From a virus (Duplodnaviria; Caudoviricetes), in the IMG/VR virus record IMGVR_UViG_3300008262_004862, positions 1 through 30,586 of that record: a stretch of 30,586 nt of DNA. One strand, 5' to 3'. A program made the position numbers and the translations under genes. The notes under the pieces were generated by a model. That model had not been told where the DNA came from and ran no database searches. It saw only the letters and a list, made by a program, of their open reading frames with translations. The first letter of the stretch is position 1. Every line of letters begins with the position of its first letter. Shown one piece after another: positions 8,972 through 17,786 of this stretch.

Positions 8972-9043
8972 ATGTGGACAACACCAGAAGCAGTTGAAAT
9001 GCGTTACGGATTCGAAATCACTATGTACGTGATGAATCGATAA
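8972..9043 (+). CDS. pqqA: PQQ precursor peptide PqqA (MWTTPEAVEMRYGFEITMYVMNR)
   Basis: 23 aa with the family pattern MW..P....R.GFE.T.Y, including the E-x3-Y core. Has an AAGGAG SD and its own terminator. Missing from the ORF track. Confidence 0.92.
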   Translation: MWTTPEAVEMRYGFEITMYVMNR

Positions 9044-9052
9044 TAAAGACCT

Positions 9053-9075
9053 AGCCCACTTCGGTGGGCTTTCTC
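9053..9075 (+). terminator. Intrinsic terminator after pqqA
   Basis: AGCCCAC-TTCG-GTGGGCT followed by TTCTC. Confidence 0.8.
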
Positions 9076-9104
9076 TTGACTTAAATTTCAAAAGGTAATA
9101 TACT
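9076..9104 (+). promoter_or_regulatory. sigma70-type promoter
   Basis: TTGACT-N17-TATACT. Confidence 0.75.
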
Positions 9105-9134
9105 ATATCTATGATTGAAATTTTCGGAGGAATA

Positions 9135-9533
9135 ATGTTAGATTGTTTAATTATGGGTGACAGTATTGCTGTAGGCACAGCCCAGGTGCGACAAGAATGT
9201 GTTTCATATTCCAAAGGCGGCATCAACAGTTACCAATGGTTGAACTCAAACGTAGGTAAAAGTCCTTACGTTGCCAAAACTGTTATTATCAGTTTGGGAT
9301 CAAACGATCACAAATATGTAAAAACGGAAAGTGAAATACGAACCATTAGAACACTTACTAAAGCAGATCGTGTTTATTGGATTTTGCCAGCTATCAAACC
9401 CAATATTCAAGAAATTGTTATAAAGGTAGCGGCTGAATTTGGCGATGTAGTTTTGCCAATAACACGACTACAAAAAGACGGCGTCCATCCAAGTTGGGCA
9501 GGTTACAAAGAGTTAGCTGCTCAAACTAAGTGA
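9135..9533 (+). CDS. Small SGNH/GDSL-family hydrolase
   Basis: GDSIAVG, SLGSND and DGVHP blocks. The GGAGGA SD favours ATG 9135 over 9111. Confidence 0.8.
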   Translation: MLDCLIMGDSIAVGTAQVRQECVSYSKGGINSYQWLNSNVGKSPYVAKTVIISLGSNDHKYVKTESEIRTIRTLTKADRVYWILPAIKPNIQEIVIKVAAEFGDVVLPITRLQKDGVHPSWAGYKELAAQTK

Positions 9534-9562
9534 TTGACAATCTCCGGGAGAAATAGTATACT
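9534..9562 (+). promoter_or_regulatory. sigma70-type promoter
   Basis: TTGACA-N17-TATACT. Confidence 0.8.
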
Positions 9563-9592
9563 ATGTACTGTTAATACTTTTGGAGATTTATT

Positions 9593-9973
9593 TTGAGTAT
9601 GCATTTAGAAGGTCCGTGGCTGTCAACTACGGGCAAGAAAAAAGGCAAAAAGAAGTTTGCTTCGGCAGAACATGCTAGAAAGGCTCGTGAGCAAGCAGAG
9701 GCTTGGCAAGACCTTTTAAAACGACATAACATTACTTCATCTCCAAAAAAGAAATCCAAATCCGAAACATATAAACCTCGCGAAGAAGCATATCGTCGAG
9801 AGACTCCGCATATACCTAGTTTGGACCCTACCAATATGGCACCTTGCCTTAAGTCTCCAAATAAAGTATATACTGGCACTATGATCAAAGGCATTGGTAC
9901 TATGCATAAGTCCAATGCTGTGCCAATTTTTTCCGACGAAGAAGCAATTGATATTGCTACAATGAGGAGGTAA
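9593..9973 (+). CDS. Basic hypothetical phage protein
   Basis: The C-terminal YTGTMIKGIGTMHKSNAVP motif is recalled from T4-like phage hypotheticals. GGAG SD precedes the TTG start. Confidence 0.75.
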   Translation: MSMHLEGPWLSTTGKKKGKKKFASAEHARKAREQAEAWQDLLKRHNITSSPKKKSKSETYKPREEAYRRETPHIPSLDPTNMAPCLKSPNKVYTGTMIKGIGTMHKSNAVPIFSDEEAIDIATMRR

Positions 9974-9974
9974 T

Positions 9975-10400
9975 ATGACATTTTTTGAAAAATACGGAGA
10001 ACCAATAGATATGGATAATAGAGAACGATATAGGCATCGTGCTTTGACAAATGCTTATAATGATCCAGGGCCGTGGATGTCTGTTAATATTATTTCAGAC
10101 AGTAGAAAGCGAGCACTCAAGCACGGCTTCAATCATAACTTAGATCGTGAATATCTTGTAGCTCTTTATTGGGAACAAAAAGGAAAATGTGCTATCAGTG
10201 GCGTAGAGATGGAATTCCAATCAGGTACTAGAGAGTGTAAAAATCCAAATCGATTAAGCATTGATAGGATAGATAACACCAAAGGTTATATTAAAGGCAA
10301 TGTGAGATTGGTTACTCATTGGGTCAACAATGCCAAAAGTACGTATGGTGATGATGTTTTGATGGAATACTCAAAAAAAATTGCCAAAAAACGTCGATAA
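9975..10400 (+). CDS. His-Me finger/HNH-like endonuclease
   Basis: QKGKCAISG...SIDRIDNTKGYIKGNVRLV...N.AK. Confidence 0.7.
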   Translation: MTFFEKYGEPIDMDNRERYRHRALTNAYNDPGPWMSVNIISDSRKRALKHGFNHNLDREYLVALYWEQKGKCAISGVEMEFQSGTRECKNPNRLSIDRIDNTKGYIKGNVRLVTHWVNNAKSTYGDDVLMEYSKKIAKKRR

Positions 10401-10698
10401 TTACCAATTTTTGTGCTATAATAGAGAAAGTATGCTATATATTAAACGTTTCGCAAAGAAACTGAGATAGTAGGTCCAAAGTATGTCAAAAGCAGAAAAG
10501 GATCCGCGAGTCTTGGCCTATGAGAAACCCGTGAGATTCGGGCGGTCAAGGCTCCAAAGGCACATGAGTTATGAGATCATGCGTCCAATGGAGACAACTA
10601 CACGAACCCAGGGTTCTTTCAATGAGCCTCGTGAAGTTTACTCCCTTAATGTAATGTAATATGAAGTTCGTATTACACCAAATGAAAGGAGATACAAT

Positions 10699-11250
10699 AT
10701 GGAAAAGTCATTAAGACTAATCGCCTATGTGGCGGGATTTATTGCGGTTGTTTATCTAGTTCAGATGATAACCACTAGTAAATTTACAACCCTTAAAGCA
10801 CAGAATGGTTATTACAGCCAAGATGTGATTTCAATCAAAACACGTGAACGCCAATTAGATTGTTTAGCGATGAACATCTATAGAGAAGCTGGCTACGAAA
10901 ATTTTGAAGGTAAAGTAGCTGTAGCACAAGTGACCCTTAACAGAGTCAAACACCCAAGTTTCCCCAAAGACGTTTGCGGTGTGATTTACCAAAAGAGTGT
11001 GATCATGGACAAAGTCGTGTGCCAATTCTCATGGTACTGCGAGTCAGGGCATAAAACACGTCCTGTTAATCCAGTTGCTTATAAAGAAAGCTATGAAGTA
11101 GCTAAAAAGGTTCTTTTGGAAGACTTCCGGTTAAGCGTTCTTAAAGATGCGTTGTATTATCATGCTAACTATGTGAATCCAAAATGGAATTTAGATAAAA
11201 TTGGATCAATTGGTAATCATATTTTTTATAGAGAAAGGTCTCGGATATAA
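10699..11250 (+). CDS. Cell wall hydrolase, SleB/Hydrolase_2 family
   Basis: N-terminal TM/signal, CLAMNIYREA, AVAQVTLNRV, VCGVIYQ, CQFSW, YYHANYVNPKW, IGNHIFY. Confidence 0.92.
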   Translation: MEKSLRLIAYVAGFIAVVYLVQMITTSKFTTLKAQNGYYSQDVISIKTRERQLDCLAMNIYREAGYENFEGKVAVAQVTLNRVKHPSFPKDVCGVIYQKSVIMDKVVCQFSWYCESGHKTRPVNPVAYKESYEVAKKVLLEDFRLSVLKDALYYHANYVNPKWNLDKIGSIGNHIFYRERSRI

Positions 11251-11252
11251 TC

Positions 11253-11573
11253 ATGTTAGAAAACAAAGATTGGAAATTTAATCTCGAATCAGTTAAAAGT
11301 TTTTTCAACGAAAAATTAAGTCATATCTCAGCAGAAGCATTGGGTTGGTTAGCTGTATTAGTTCTCCATGCTTCAACACTGCCTAGCCTATTAGCAGTGA
11401 TGGCAGGACTAACAGATCGTCTGCCTGGGGTCGATTTGGTACTGCTTGTTTGGACCGGTTTATCGTTGATGTTTATCCGTGCTGCAGTCCAAAAAGATAT
11501 TTTGCTGTTGGTAACTATAGGTTTTGGATTTATCGTCCAGGCCGCAATGATGGCATTGATCTTTTTCAAATAA
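11253..11573 (+). CDS. Small membrane protein with about 3 TM segments
   Basis: Three hydrophobic segments. Directly follows the cell-wall hydrolase. Confidence 0.7.
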   Translation: MLENKDWKFNLESVKSFFNEKLSHISAEALGWLAVLVLHASTLPSLLAVMAGLTDRLPGVDLVLLVWTGLSLMFIRAAVQKDILLLVTIGFGFIVQAAMMALIFFK

Positions 11574-11590
11574 ATTGGTTATCACCGTAG

Positions 11591-11619
11591 TTGACATTGG
11601 TTGGCTACGGTGCTATAAT
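11591..11619 (+). promoter_or_regulatory. Consensus sigma70 promoter with extended -10
   Basis: TTGACA-N17-TATAAT with TG at the extended position. Confidence 0.88.
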
Positions 11620-11656
11620 TAATACTGTAATAATTCACACACACAGAAAGGCACAT

Positions 11657-12136
11657 ATGAAAAAGGCAATCGCAGTAGGCATTTTGGCAGCAGCTATCAC
11701 TGGCTGTTCGTCTATGAAAGACATTCCAGATCGTAAAACATACGCACAACCATCGTGGTATCAGGACTGTGCCCAAGAAGGTGTTAAAGGTTGGTTCTGG
11801 TGGAAAGAAGATATGGTATATGCTTGTGGTGCTGGCGAATCTCTTTTCGCTCAAGCCGCCGAAGAGCAAATGGATGCCATAGCGATGAATAACTTTGCCA
11901 AACGTATCAATGGCATAGTTAACTCTGAAACTGTCATTGATATCAAAGATGACAAAAAGGCAACACGCACTTTGATTTCTTACAAAGTGGATAATACATC
12001 AATCCGTAAACATGTAAAAACGGAAAAAGGTCACTTTACTATGAATGGACGTCACTATACCTATGTGCGTCTTGAAATGAAGAAAAGTGTTTTTGAACAA
12101 CTAATCGCAGAATCTAAAACCGCAAAGGCACAGTAA
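11657..12136 (+). CDS. Lipoprotein, possibly LPP20-like
   Basis: Lipobox signal MKKAIAVGILAAAITGC. The track's TTG start at 11591 is the -35 box, so the start was moved. Confidence 0.8.
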   Translation: MKKAIAVGILAAAITGCSSMKDIPDRKTYAQPSWYQDCAQEGVKGWFWWKEDMVYACGAGESLFAQAAEEQMDAIAMNNFAKRINGIVNSETVIDIKDDKKATRTLISYKVDNTSIRKHVKTEKGHFTMNGRHYTYVRLEMKKSVFEQLIAESKTAKAQ

Positions 12137-12495
12137 TGAACAATTACAAAGTAAAAAACTATCTTTGGATAGTCGTTGCTTTGCTGTTTATTGTAATTGC
12201 TTTGACAGGGTGTGGTTCTAATCCTAAAATTGCTGATACTGGTCACCAATACTGTTTCAATAATAAAAGGATCACAGTCAAAGACGGCAAAGAAGTTTCT
12301 AGCGAAAGTGTCACTACATGTAGTGATGATGTAGTAGGAAAACTAGTAGATGTTAGAGCCGGATTGGCTAAGAATTGCGGTTACACAGAAATGTATATGC
12401 AGAAAGGACCAAAAAATTATGTACCCCGTACGGTTATTGTTTGTAAAGATCCTAATGGTGATTCCAATATTCTGTTCAGCACAGCAATTAAGTGA
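12136..12495 (+). CDS. Cys-containing lipoprotein
   Basis: Hydrophobic signal ending in LTGC. Coupled upstream by TAATG. Confidence 0.75.
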   Translation: MNNYKVKNYLWIVVALLFIVIALTGCGSNPKIADTGHQYCFNNKRITVKDGKEVSSESVTTCSDDVVGKLVDVRAGLAKNCGYTEMYMQKGPKNYVPRTVIVCKDPNGDSNILFSTAIK

Positions 12496-12823
12496 TTCTC
12501 CAAAACTTCTTTACAGAGATACATTAAGAATAGCTCCTACTATTAGTCTTGGTTGGTTCAAAACTTTTACTGATGAACAGATGGAACACTATTCCATGGC
12601 ACAGTGGCATGCCATGGTATACGCCGAAGTTAATGAAAAAGTTAAATGGTCTAACGGCGGTGCTCACGGTTACAGCCAAGTTCTACAACTAGAACCCAAA
12701 GCTGGGGGCTATTGTAAACATGTAAGAACAGTGGTATTTGCCTTTGATCAAAGGGTAGCACAGACTCATGCCGCTTGTCATACCTACTGGAATAATTATT
12801 GGTCGTGGTACAATATAGAATAA
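12419..12823 (+). CDS. Secreted protein, weakly resembling 17-kDa surface-antigen domains
   Basis: AAAGGA SD before ATG 12419, signal-like N-terminus, and a W.N....G...YC...AC....W pattern. The family call is tentative. Confidence 0.6.
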   Translation: MYPVRLLFVKILMVIPIFCSAQQLSDSPKLLYRDTLRIAPTISLGWFKTFTDEQMEHYSMAQWHAMVYAEVNEKVKWSNGGAHGYSQVLQLEPKAGGYCKHVRTVVFAFDQRVAQTHAACHTYWNNYWSWYNIE

Positions 12824-12833
12824 ATATTACTCT

Positions 12834-14252
12834 ATGACATTTGCCCTATTACTATTTTTAACAGGTGTAACCTTATCCGCTGTAGCTATCTATTACAGCG
12901 TTATAGGGTTAACTTCTATATTTGCCGCAGCTTTTTGGCCTGTGGTTATAATGGGCACTACCTTAGAAGTTGCTAAATTGGTAGCTGCCAGTTGGTTAAA
13001 AGCCTATTGGGAAACAATCCCTAGGTTTATGAAAATCTATATGTCTATAGCAGTGGTCGTTTTAATGTTGATCACATCTATGGGTATTTTTGGATTCCTA
13101 AGTAAAGCACACTTAGACCAAAACATTGTCAGTGGTGATGTTCAAAGTAAGATTGCTATCTATGATGAAAAGATTAAGACCAGCAAGGAAAATATAGATG
13201 CGAACCGGAAGGCGATTAAACAGATGGATGAGGCTGTGGACCAAGTTATGGGTCGAAGCCAAGATGAAAAGGGTGCCGATAAAGCTGTTGCGATCCGAAG
13301 AGCACAGCAAAAAGAACGTGTCCGCCTTCAATCTGAGATTGCGGCCGAACAGAAAACTATTGCCGCCCTTAGCGAAGAAAGAGCACCAATTGCTGCCGAG
13401 GTTCGTAAGGTTGAAGCAGAAGTTGGCCCAATAAAATATATCGCTAAACTAATATACGGCGATAACCCAGATGCTAATCTTCTTGAAAAAGCAGTCACTT
13501 GGGTGATTATGATTATTGTGTTTGTATTTGATCCATTAGCAGTTTTATTGTTGTTAGGTAGTCAAATGACCTACCAATGGGTTAGGGGAATCAAGAAGCC
13601 AGAGCCCGATGAAGCAAAAGATGAAACAATAAATGAACCCTCTGACACACACTTAGCCAGCAAGTTCTGGCCGTTTCCATTAAGAAACCCAGACCCAGAT
13701 GCGGCGATCCTGGCCAATGAAGTTTCAGATGATCAACCTAATGAAACAAAATTAAGATTATCAAATATTTTAAACTCAGTTAAAGGGTTTACATTAGGCT
13801 CGTCTAAAGAAGAGACCAAAGACGAAGAAAAATCTGCTCTAGAAGATTGGAACAAGATGATCGAAGAAGCAGAACGTGCCGCTCAGGAAGAACAAGACAA
13901 AGAAGACGAAGAAATGATCGACGGTGCTGATCGCTTAGAAAAAGAAGCGATGACCGCTTGGAAGGCCGAACATCCACATGATAGTCTAAAGCGTCAAAGA
14001 CGAATGTTTGATCACGGGACTATTACAGAATTACCGTGGATGAAAGAGCCTTATTATGTTACAGATTCTCTTTCTCCAGAAATTATAGCAGATAGTTACA
14101 ATGCTATAGTCCAACAAGAAGAAAGATTTAAACCTGATCTCACAGAGGTTATAGAGCCAAGCGAATCTCTAAAACTCAGCGATCTAAAAAAAAAGGATAT
14201 GACCTATCTAGAGAAGATGGGCTCAACACAGATACAGAAACCACTCAAGTAG
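12834..14252 (+). CDS. Membrane protein: 3 N-terminal TMs, coiled coil, a further TM, acidic tail (zero-frame product)
   Basis: 472-aa ORF, apparently leaderless 7 nt after TAAATA (12821-12826). Confidence 0.85.
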   Translation: MTFALLLFLTGVTLSAVAIYYSVIGLTSIFAAAFWPVVIMGTTLEVAKLVAASWLKAYWETIPRFMKIYMSIAVVVLMLITSMGIFGFLSKAHLDQNIVSGDVQSKIAIYDEKIKTSKENIDANRKAIKQMDEAVDQVMGRSQDEKGADKAVAIRRAQQKERVRLQSEIAAEQKTIAALSEERAPIAAEVRKVEAEVGPIKYIAKLIYGDNPDANLLEKAVTWVIMIIVFVFDPLAVLLLLGSQMTYQWVRGIKKPEPDEAKDETINEPSDTHLASKFWPFPLRNPDPDAAILANEVSDDQPNETKLRLSNILNSVKGFTLGSSKEETKDEEKSALEDWNKMIEEAERAAQEEQDKEDEEMIDGADRLEKEAMTAWKAEHPHDSLKRQRRMFDHGTITELPWMKEPYYVTDSLSPEIIADSYNAIVQQEERFKPDLTEVIEPSESLKLSDLKKKDMTYLEKMGSTQIQKPLK

Positions 14253-14524
14253 GATACAGACAAAATTCTGAACAGAATGAATCTACTATTTGGAAAAGTT
14301 TTAAAAACGTCAAACACGAAGATCATCGATTTGATCTTATCAACGAACTTTACACATACCTTTCCAACGAAATTATCGACACTTATGAATTTCCAGAAGT
14401 TGAGGATGCTGAATATCAACGTATCATTAATCTTATCATCCAGTTAAGATCAAGATTGATAAATCCAGAAGACTTAGAAACATTAGATCTTGAAACCATA
14501 ACCGAAATACTCAAGAAAATATGA
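14195..14524 (+). CDS. -1 frame extension (109 aa) of the 12834 protein, reached by frameshift or slippage
   Basis: Open frame GYDLSREDG...ILKKI* has no usable start codon, begins at an A9G run (A_AAA_AAG), and its TGA overlaps the next ATG. Confidence 0.7.
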   Translation, partial: GYDLSREDGLNTDTETTQVGYRQNSEQNESTIWKSFKNVKHEDHRFDLINELYTYLSNEIIDTYEFPEVEDAEYQRIINLIIQLRSRLINPEDLETLDLETITEILKKI

Positions 14525-14919
14525 TAGGTAATAAATTACTGCTAGTAACTCCCCCTGATGATATAAACATAGACGGACTTAGAATATTATTAGTGGGAAT
14601 ATCTCATGATAAAACTAATCTAATATCAACAGCCCTAACACAACTGCCTTCCATACCTAATACCGTTTTATACATGTGGGCAGCAGGTAACGATATTTCA
14701 TGGCTGATGGATAAAAAGAATAAAAGTCATTTAATTATTTTTGATGTAGAAAACCTACCAGGAGAATTAGTTGGCTATTTTAGTGCCCAATTAAATAGTT
14801 ATTATTTTGGCCACCTGCGTGACCTAGGCATAATTAATAACAACAGTATTTTAGATGTAGATCAATGTTATCAACTTTTGGAGAACACAATAACAACCTA
14901 TGAAAAATCAATACGATAA
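14521..14919 (+). CDS. Hypothetical protein
   Basis: 132-aa ORF overlapping its neighbours at both ends. Confidence 0.7.
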   Translation: MIGNKLLLVTPPDDINIDGLRILLVGISHDKTNLISTALTQLPSIPNTVLYMWAAGNDISWLMDKKNKSHLIIFDVENLPGELVGYFSAQLNSYYFGHLRDLGIINNNSILDVDQCYQLLENTITTYEKSIR

Positions 14920-15145
14920 CCGAATCTGTAAAGGTGTTACAGTTTATGTTAAAGAAGGAGAACACATTGAACGTGCTCTCAAAAAATTTAAGAATAAAAT
15001 AAGCGATTCTAAACTGCTAGAAACTTTGAGGGCTAAAGAGTTCTACGAAAAACCTACTACAGAACGCAAACGCAAAAAGTCTGCTGCCAAAGCACGTTGG
15101 AAAAAAAGACTTAAAGATCAACAGTTACCACCAAAACTGTATTGA
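14900..15145 (+). CDS. rpsU: Ribosomal protein bS21
   Basis: V.VKEGE.IERALKKFK...EFYEKPTTERKRKK.AA..R. GGAG SD. Confidence 0.9.
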   Translation: MKNQYDNRICKGVTVYVKEGEHIERALKKFKNKISDSKLLETLRAKEFYEKPTTERKRKKSAAKARWKKRLKDQQLPPKLY

Positions 15146-15170
15146 CATTTTAAATCCCAGATGTTATAAT
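15142..15170 (+). promoter_or_regulatory. Consensus sigma70 promoter with extended -10
   Basis: TTGACA-N17-TATAAT with TG at the extended position. Confidence 0.88.
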
Positions 15171-15199
15171 AGTAATATATTATACATAGAAAGAGATTA

Positions 15200-15781
15200 A
15201 TGAAAACAGATATTATGATAGACTTAGAGACGTTGGATATTTTACCAACGGCTACTATTTTAACTATCGGAGCAGTGAAATTTGATCCGTTTGGGGAAGA
15301 AATAGCTGAACCTAATATGGAAAAATTCTATGTTAAAGTTGACATTGACAGTTGTGATAAGTTAGATTGTACTGTATCACAATCTACACTTGATTGGTGG
15401 GCAAGTCAAAGCAAAGAAGCACAAGAAGAAGCATTTAGTCCCGACAACAGAATTGATATTATAGATGCTATGAATCAACTGTACAAATTCTGTTGGGGAG
15501 CAAAGCGTGTATGGAGTCACGGTGCTGGCTTTGACATTATCATTTGCGAGCATTTATTCCGTAAAATTGGCAAGGCAATTCCATGGCAATTTTGGGAAGT
15601 TCGCGATACCCGCACACTGTTTGACATTGGAGTTGACCCTAAGCGTCCGCCCGTACTAAAACATCATGCTTTAGAAGATGCTTGGAATCAAGCAGTAGGT
15701 GTCCAAAATGTATACAAAAAATTAAGATCATCTAGTAGCATAGATGGTGTTTTAATTAGACCGCTAGCAAATCAAAGATAA
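15200..15781 (+). CDS. DEDDh 3'-5' exonuclease (Rv2179c-like)
   Basis: MIDLETL, IGAVKF, WSHGAGFD, RDTRT, HHALEDA. Confidence 0.88.
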   Translation: MKTDIMIDLETLDILPTATILTIGAVKFDPFGEEIAEPNMEKFYVKVDIDSCDKLDCTVSQSTLDWWASQSKEAQEEAFSPDNRIDIIDAMNQLYKFCWGAKRVWSHGAGFDIIICEHLFRKIGKAIPWQFWEVRDTRTLFDIGVDPKRPPVLKHHALEDAWNQAVGVQNVYKKLRSSSSIDGVLIRPLANQR

Positions 15782-15787
15782 ATAATT

Positions 15788-15862
15788 TTGTAGGACGCTT
15801 CGGGTTCTACAAACGGGCAGTAGCCCAAAATTAAATCTTGCTTAATTAAAGGAGATAACATT
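15788..15862 (+). promoter_or_regulatory. Structured dnaK leader with a ROSE-like SD hairpin
   Basis: Hairpins at 15788-15812 and 15815-15826, then TCTTGCTT-aatta-AAGGAGA (15836-15855) with a bulged G. Confidence 0.6.
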
Positions 15863-17728
15863 ATGAGCAAAGTCATCGGTATTGACCTCGGAACCACCAA
15901 TTCATGCGTGGCTATCATCGAGTCAGGAAATTCCAAAGTTATTGAAAATTCAGAAGGTGCCCGTACTACACCTAGTATTGTTGCCTATACTGAAAATGAA
16001 GTACTAGTTGGTGCTTCGGCAAAACGCCAAGCAGTAACTAATCCAAAAAACACCATTTATGCTTCAAAGCGTTTAATTGGTCGTAAATTTAAAGAAAAAG
16101 AAGTACAAAAAGACATCGACTTGATGCCATACGAAATCATGGAAGCCAGCAATGGCGATGCTTGGATTAAGGCACAAGACAAAGAACTTGCCCCACCACA
16201 GGTCAGTGCTGAAGTTCTGCGTAAAATGAAAAAAACAGCGGAGGACTATCTAGGTCATGAAGTTACACAAGCCGTTATCACAGTTCCTGCGTACTTTAAC
16301 GACAGCCAAAGACAGGCAACTAAGGATGCTGGAAAAATCGCAGGCTTGGAAGTACTGCGTATTATTAACGAGCCTACTGCGGCAGCTCTTGCTTATGGCG
16401 TTGATAAAGCTGATAAAGCTGACAGGAAAATTGCTGTTTACGATCTTGGTGGCGGTACTTTCGATGTATCGATCATTGAGATCGCGAATGTAGACGGCGA
16501 CAAGCAAATTGAAGTTCTAAGTACCAATGGTGATACATTCTTAGGTGGTGAAGACTTTGACCAACGCATTATGGATTATTTGGTTGATGAGTTTAAGAAA
16601 GAACAAGGCTTTGATTTGACTAAGGACATGCTGGCTCTACAACGTCTAAAAGACGCAGCTGAAAAAGCCAAAATTGAGTTGTCCAATAGTTCACAAACAG
16701 AAGTCAACTTGCCATATATCACCGCCGATGCTTCGGGTCCTAAACATCTAATCGTTAAACTCACTCGTGCTAAACTAGAAAGTCTAGTAGAAGATCTTAT
16801 CAATCGTTCATTGGCACCTTGTCGAGTGGCTATGAAAGATGCCGGCGTAAGTGCTTCAGACATCGACGAAGTTATCTTAGTTGGTGGTCAAACACGTATG
16901 CCTAAGGTACAAGAAGAAGTTGAAAAGTTGTTCGGCAAAGCACCAAGACGTGATGTTAATCCAGACGAAGCAGTAGCAGTTGGTGCGGCTATCCAAGGTG
17001 CTGTTCTAGCAGGTGATCGCAACGATGTGTTGTTGTTAGATGTTACTCCGTTAAGCCTAGGTATTGAAACTATGGGCGGAGTGTTTACTAAACTTGTACA
17101 AAAGAACACAACGATTCCGACTAAAGCATCACAGGTGTTTTCAACTGCTGAAGATAACCAACCTGCTGTTACTATCAAAGTTGGACAAGGCGAACGTGAG
17201 CTATTCCAATATAATAAATTGCTAGGTGAATTTAACCTAGAAGGCATTGCTCCTGCTCGCAGAGGTACACCCCAAATTGAAGTAGCCTTTGATATTGATG
17301 CTAACGGCATTATGAATATATCGGCTAAGGATAAAGGCACAGGTAAAGAAAATAAGATCACTATCAAATCAGATTCTGGTCTAAGCAAGGATCAAATTGA
17401 TCAGATGATCCAAGATGCTGAAGCCAATGCTGAAGCTGATAAAAAAGCACGTGAATTAATTGATGCCAAGAATAATGCCGAAGCATTAATTAATACTGTT
17501 GAAAATGACATGAAAGAAGTTACTCTAGCAGAATCAGATAAGAAAGCAGTTGAGGACGCTATTGCTGAACTTCAGAAAGAATTGACTGGCACAGACAAAG
17601 ACGCTATCACTCAAAAGACCAGCGACTTAATTGCTGCCAGTCAAAAGATCGCAGAGTCTAAGCAATCTCAAAATACCGAGGACAGCAAAGACGATGTGGT
17701 CGATGCGGAGTTTAAGCAAACTACTTAA
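15863..17728 (+). CDS. dnaK: Chaperone DnaK (Hsp70)
   Basis: [48 protein letters not shown], terminal VVDAEF. Confidence 0.98.
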   Translation: MSKVIGIDLGTTNSCVAIIESGNSKVIENSEGARTTPSIVAYTENEVLVGASAKRQAVTNPKNTIYASKRLIGRKFKEKEVQKDIDLMPYEIMEASNGDAWIKAQDKELAPPQVSAEVLRKMKKTAEDYLGHEVTQAVITVPAYFNDSQRQATKDAGKIAGLEVLRIINEPTAAALAYGVDKADKADRKIAVYDLGGGTFDVSIIEIANVDGDKQIEVLSTNGDTFLGGEDFDQRIMDYLVDEFKKEQGFDLTKDMLALQRLKDAAEKAKIELSNSSQTEVNLPYITADASGPKHLIVKLTRAKLESLVEDLINRSLAPCRVAMKDAGVSASDIDEVILVGGQTRMPKVQEEVEKLFGKAPRRDVNPDEAVAVGAAIQGAVLAGDRNDVLLLDVTPLSLGIETMGGVFTKLVQKNTTIPTKASQVFSTAEDNQPAVTIKVGQGERELFQYNKLLGEFNLEGIAPARRGTPQIEVAFDIDANGIMNISAKDKGTGKENKITIKSDSGLSKDQIDQMIQDAEANAEADKKARELIDAKNNAEALINTVENDMKEVTLAESDKKAVEDAIAELQKELTGTDKDAITQKTSDLIAASQKIAESKQSQNTEDSKDDVVDAEFKQTT

Positions 17729-17733
17729 ACTCA

Positions 17734-17786
17734 AGGGTGCTCAGGTGAGGCCCTAAATCATTCTTGCTTAAAAAGGAGAAAATAAA
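17734..17786 (+). promoter_or_regulatory. ROSE-like RNA thermometer upstream of hsp20
   Basis: Hairpin at 17734-17754, then TTCTTGCTT-aaa-AAGGAGAA (17761-17780). Confidence 0.65.

Noticed and set aside
8936-9226. 96-aa minus-strand ORF
   Set aside because: It lies antisense to pqqA, its terminator, a promoter and the SGNH gene.
9571-10050. 159-aa minus-strand ORF
   Set aside because: It is a shadow of plus-strand genes that have a promoter and SD.
14250-14252. TAG read-through or alternative genetic code
   Set aside because: The downstream coding sequence is in the -1 frame, not in frame with the TAG. Conserved genes are intact under the standard code.
16250-17388. Several alternative-frame and antisense ORFs within dnaK
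   Set aside because: Antisense open frames are a familiar by-product of Hsp70 codon patterns, and these have no expression signals.
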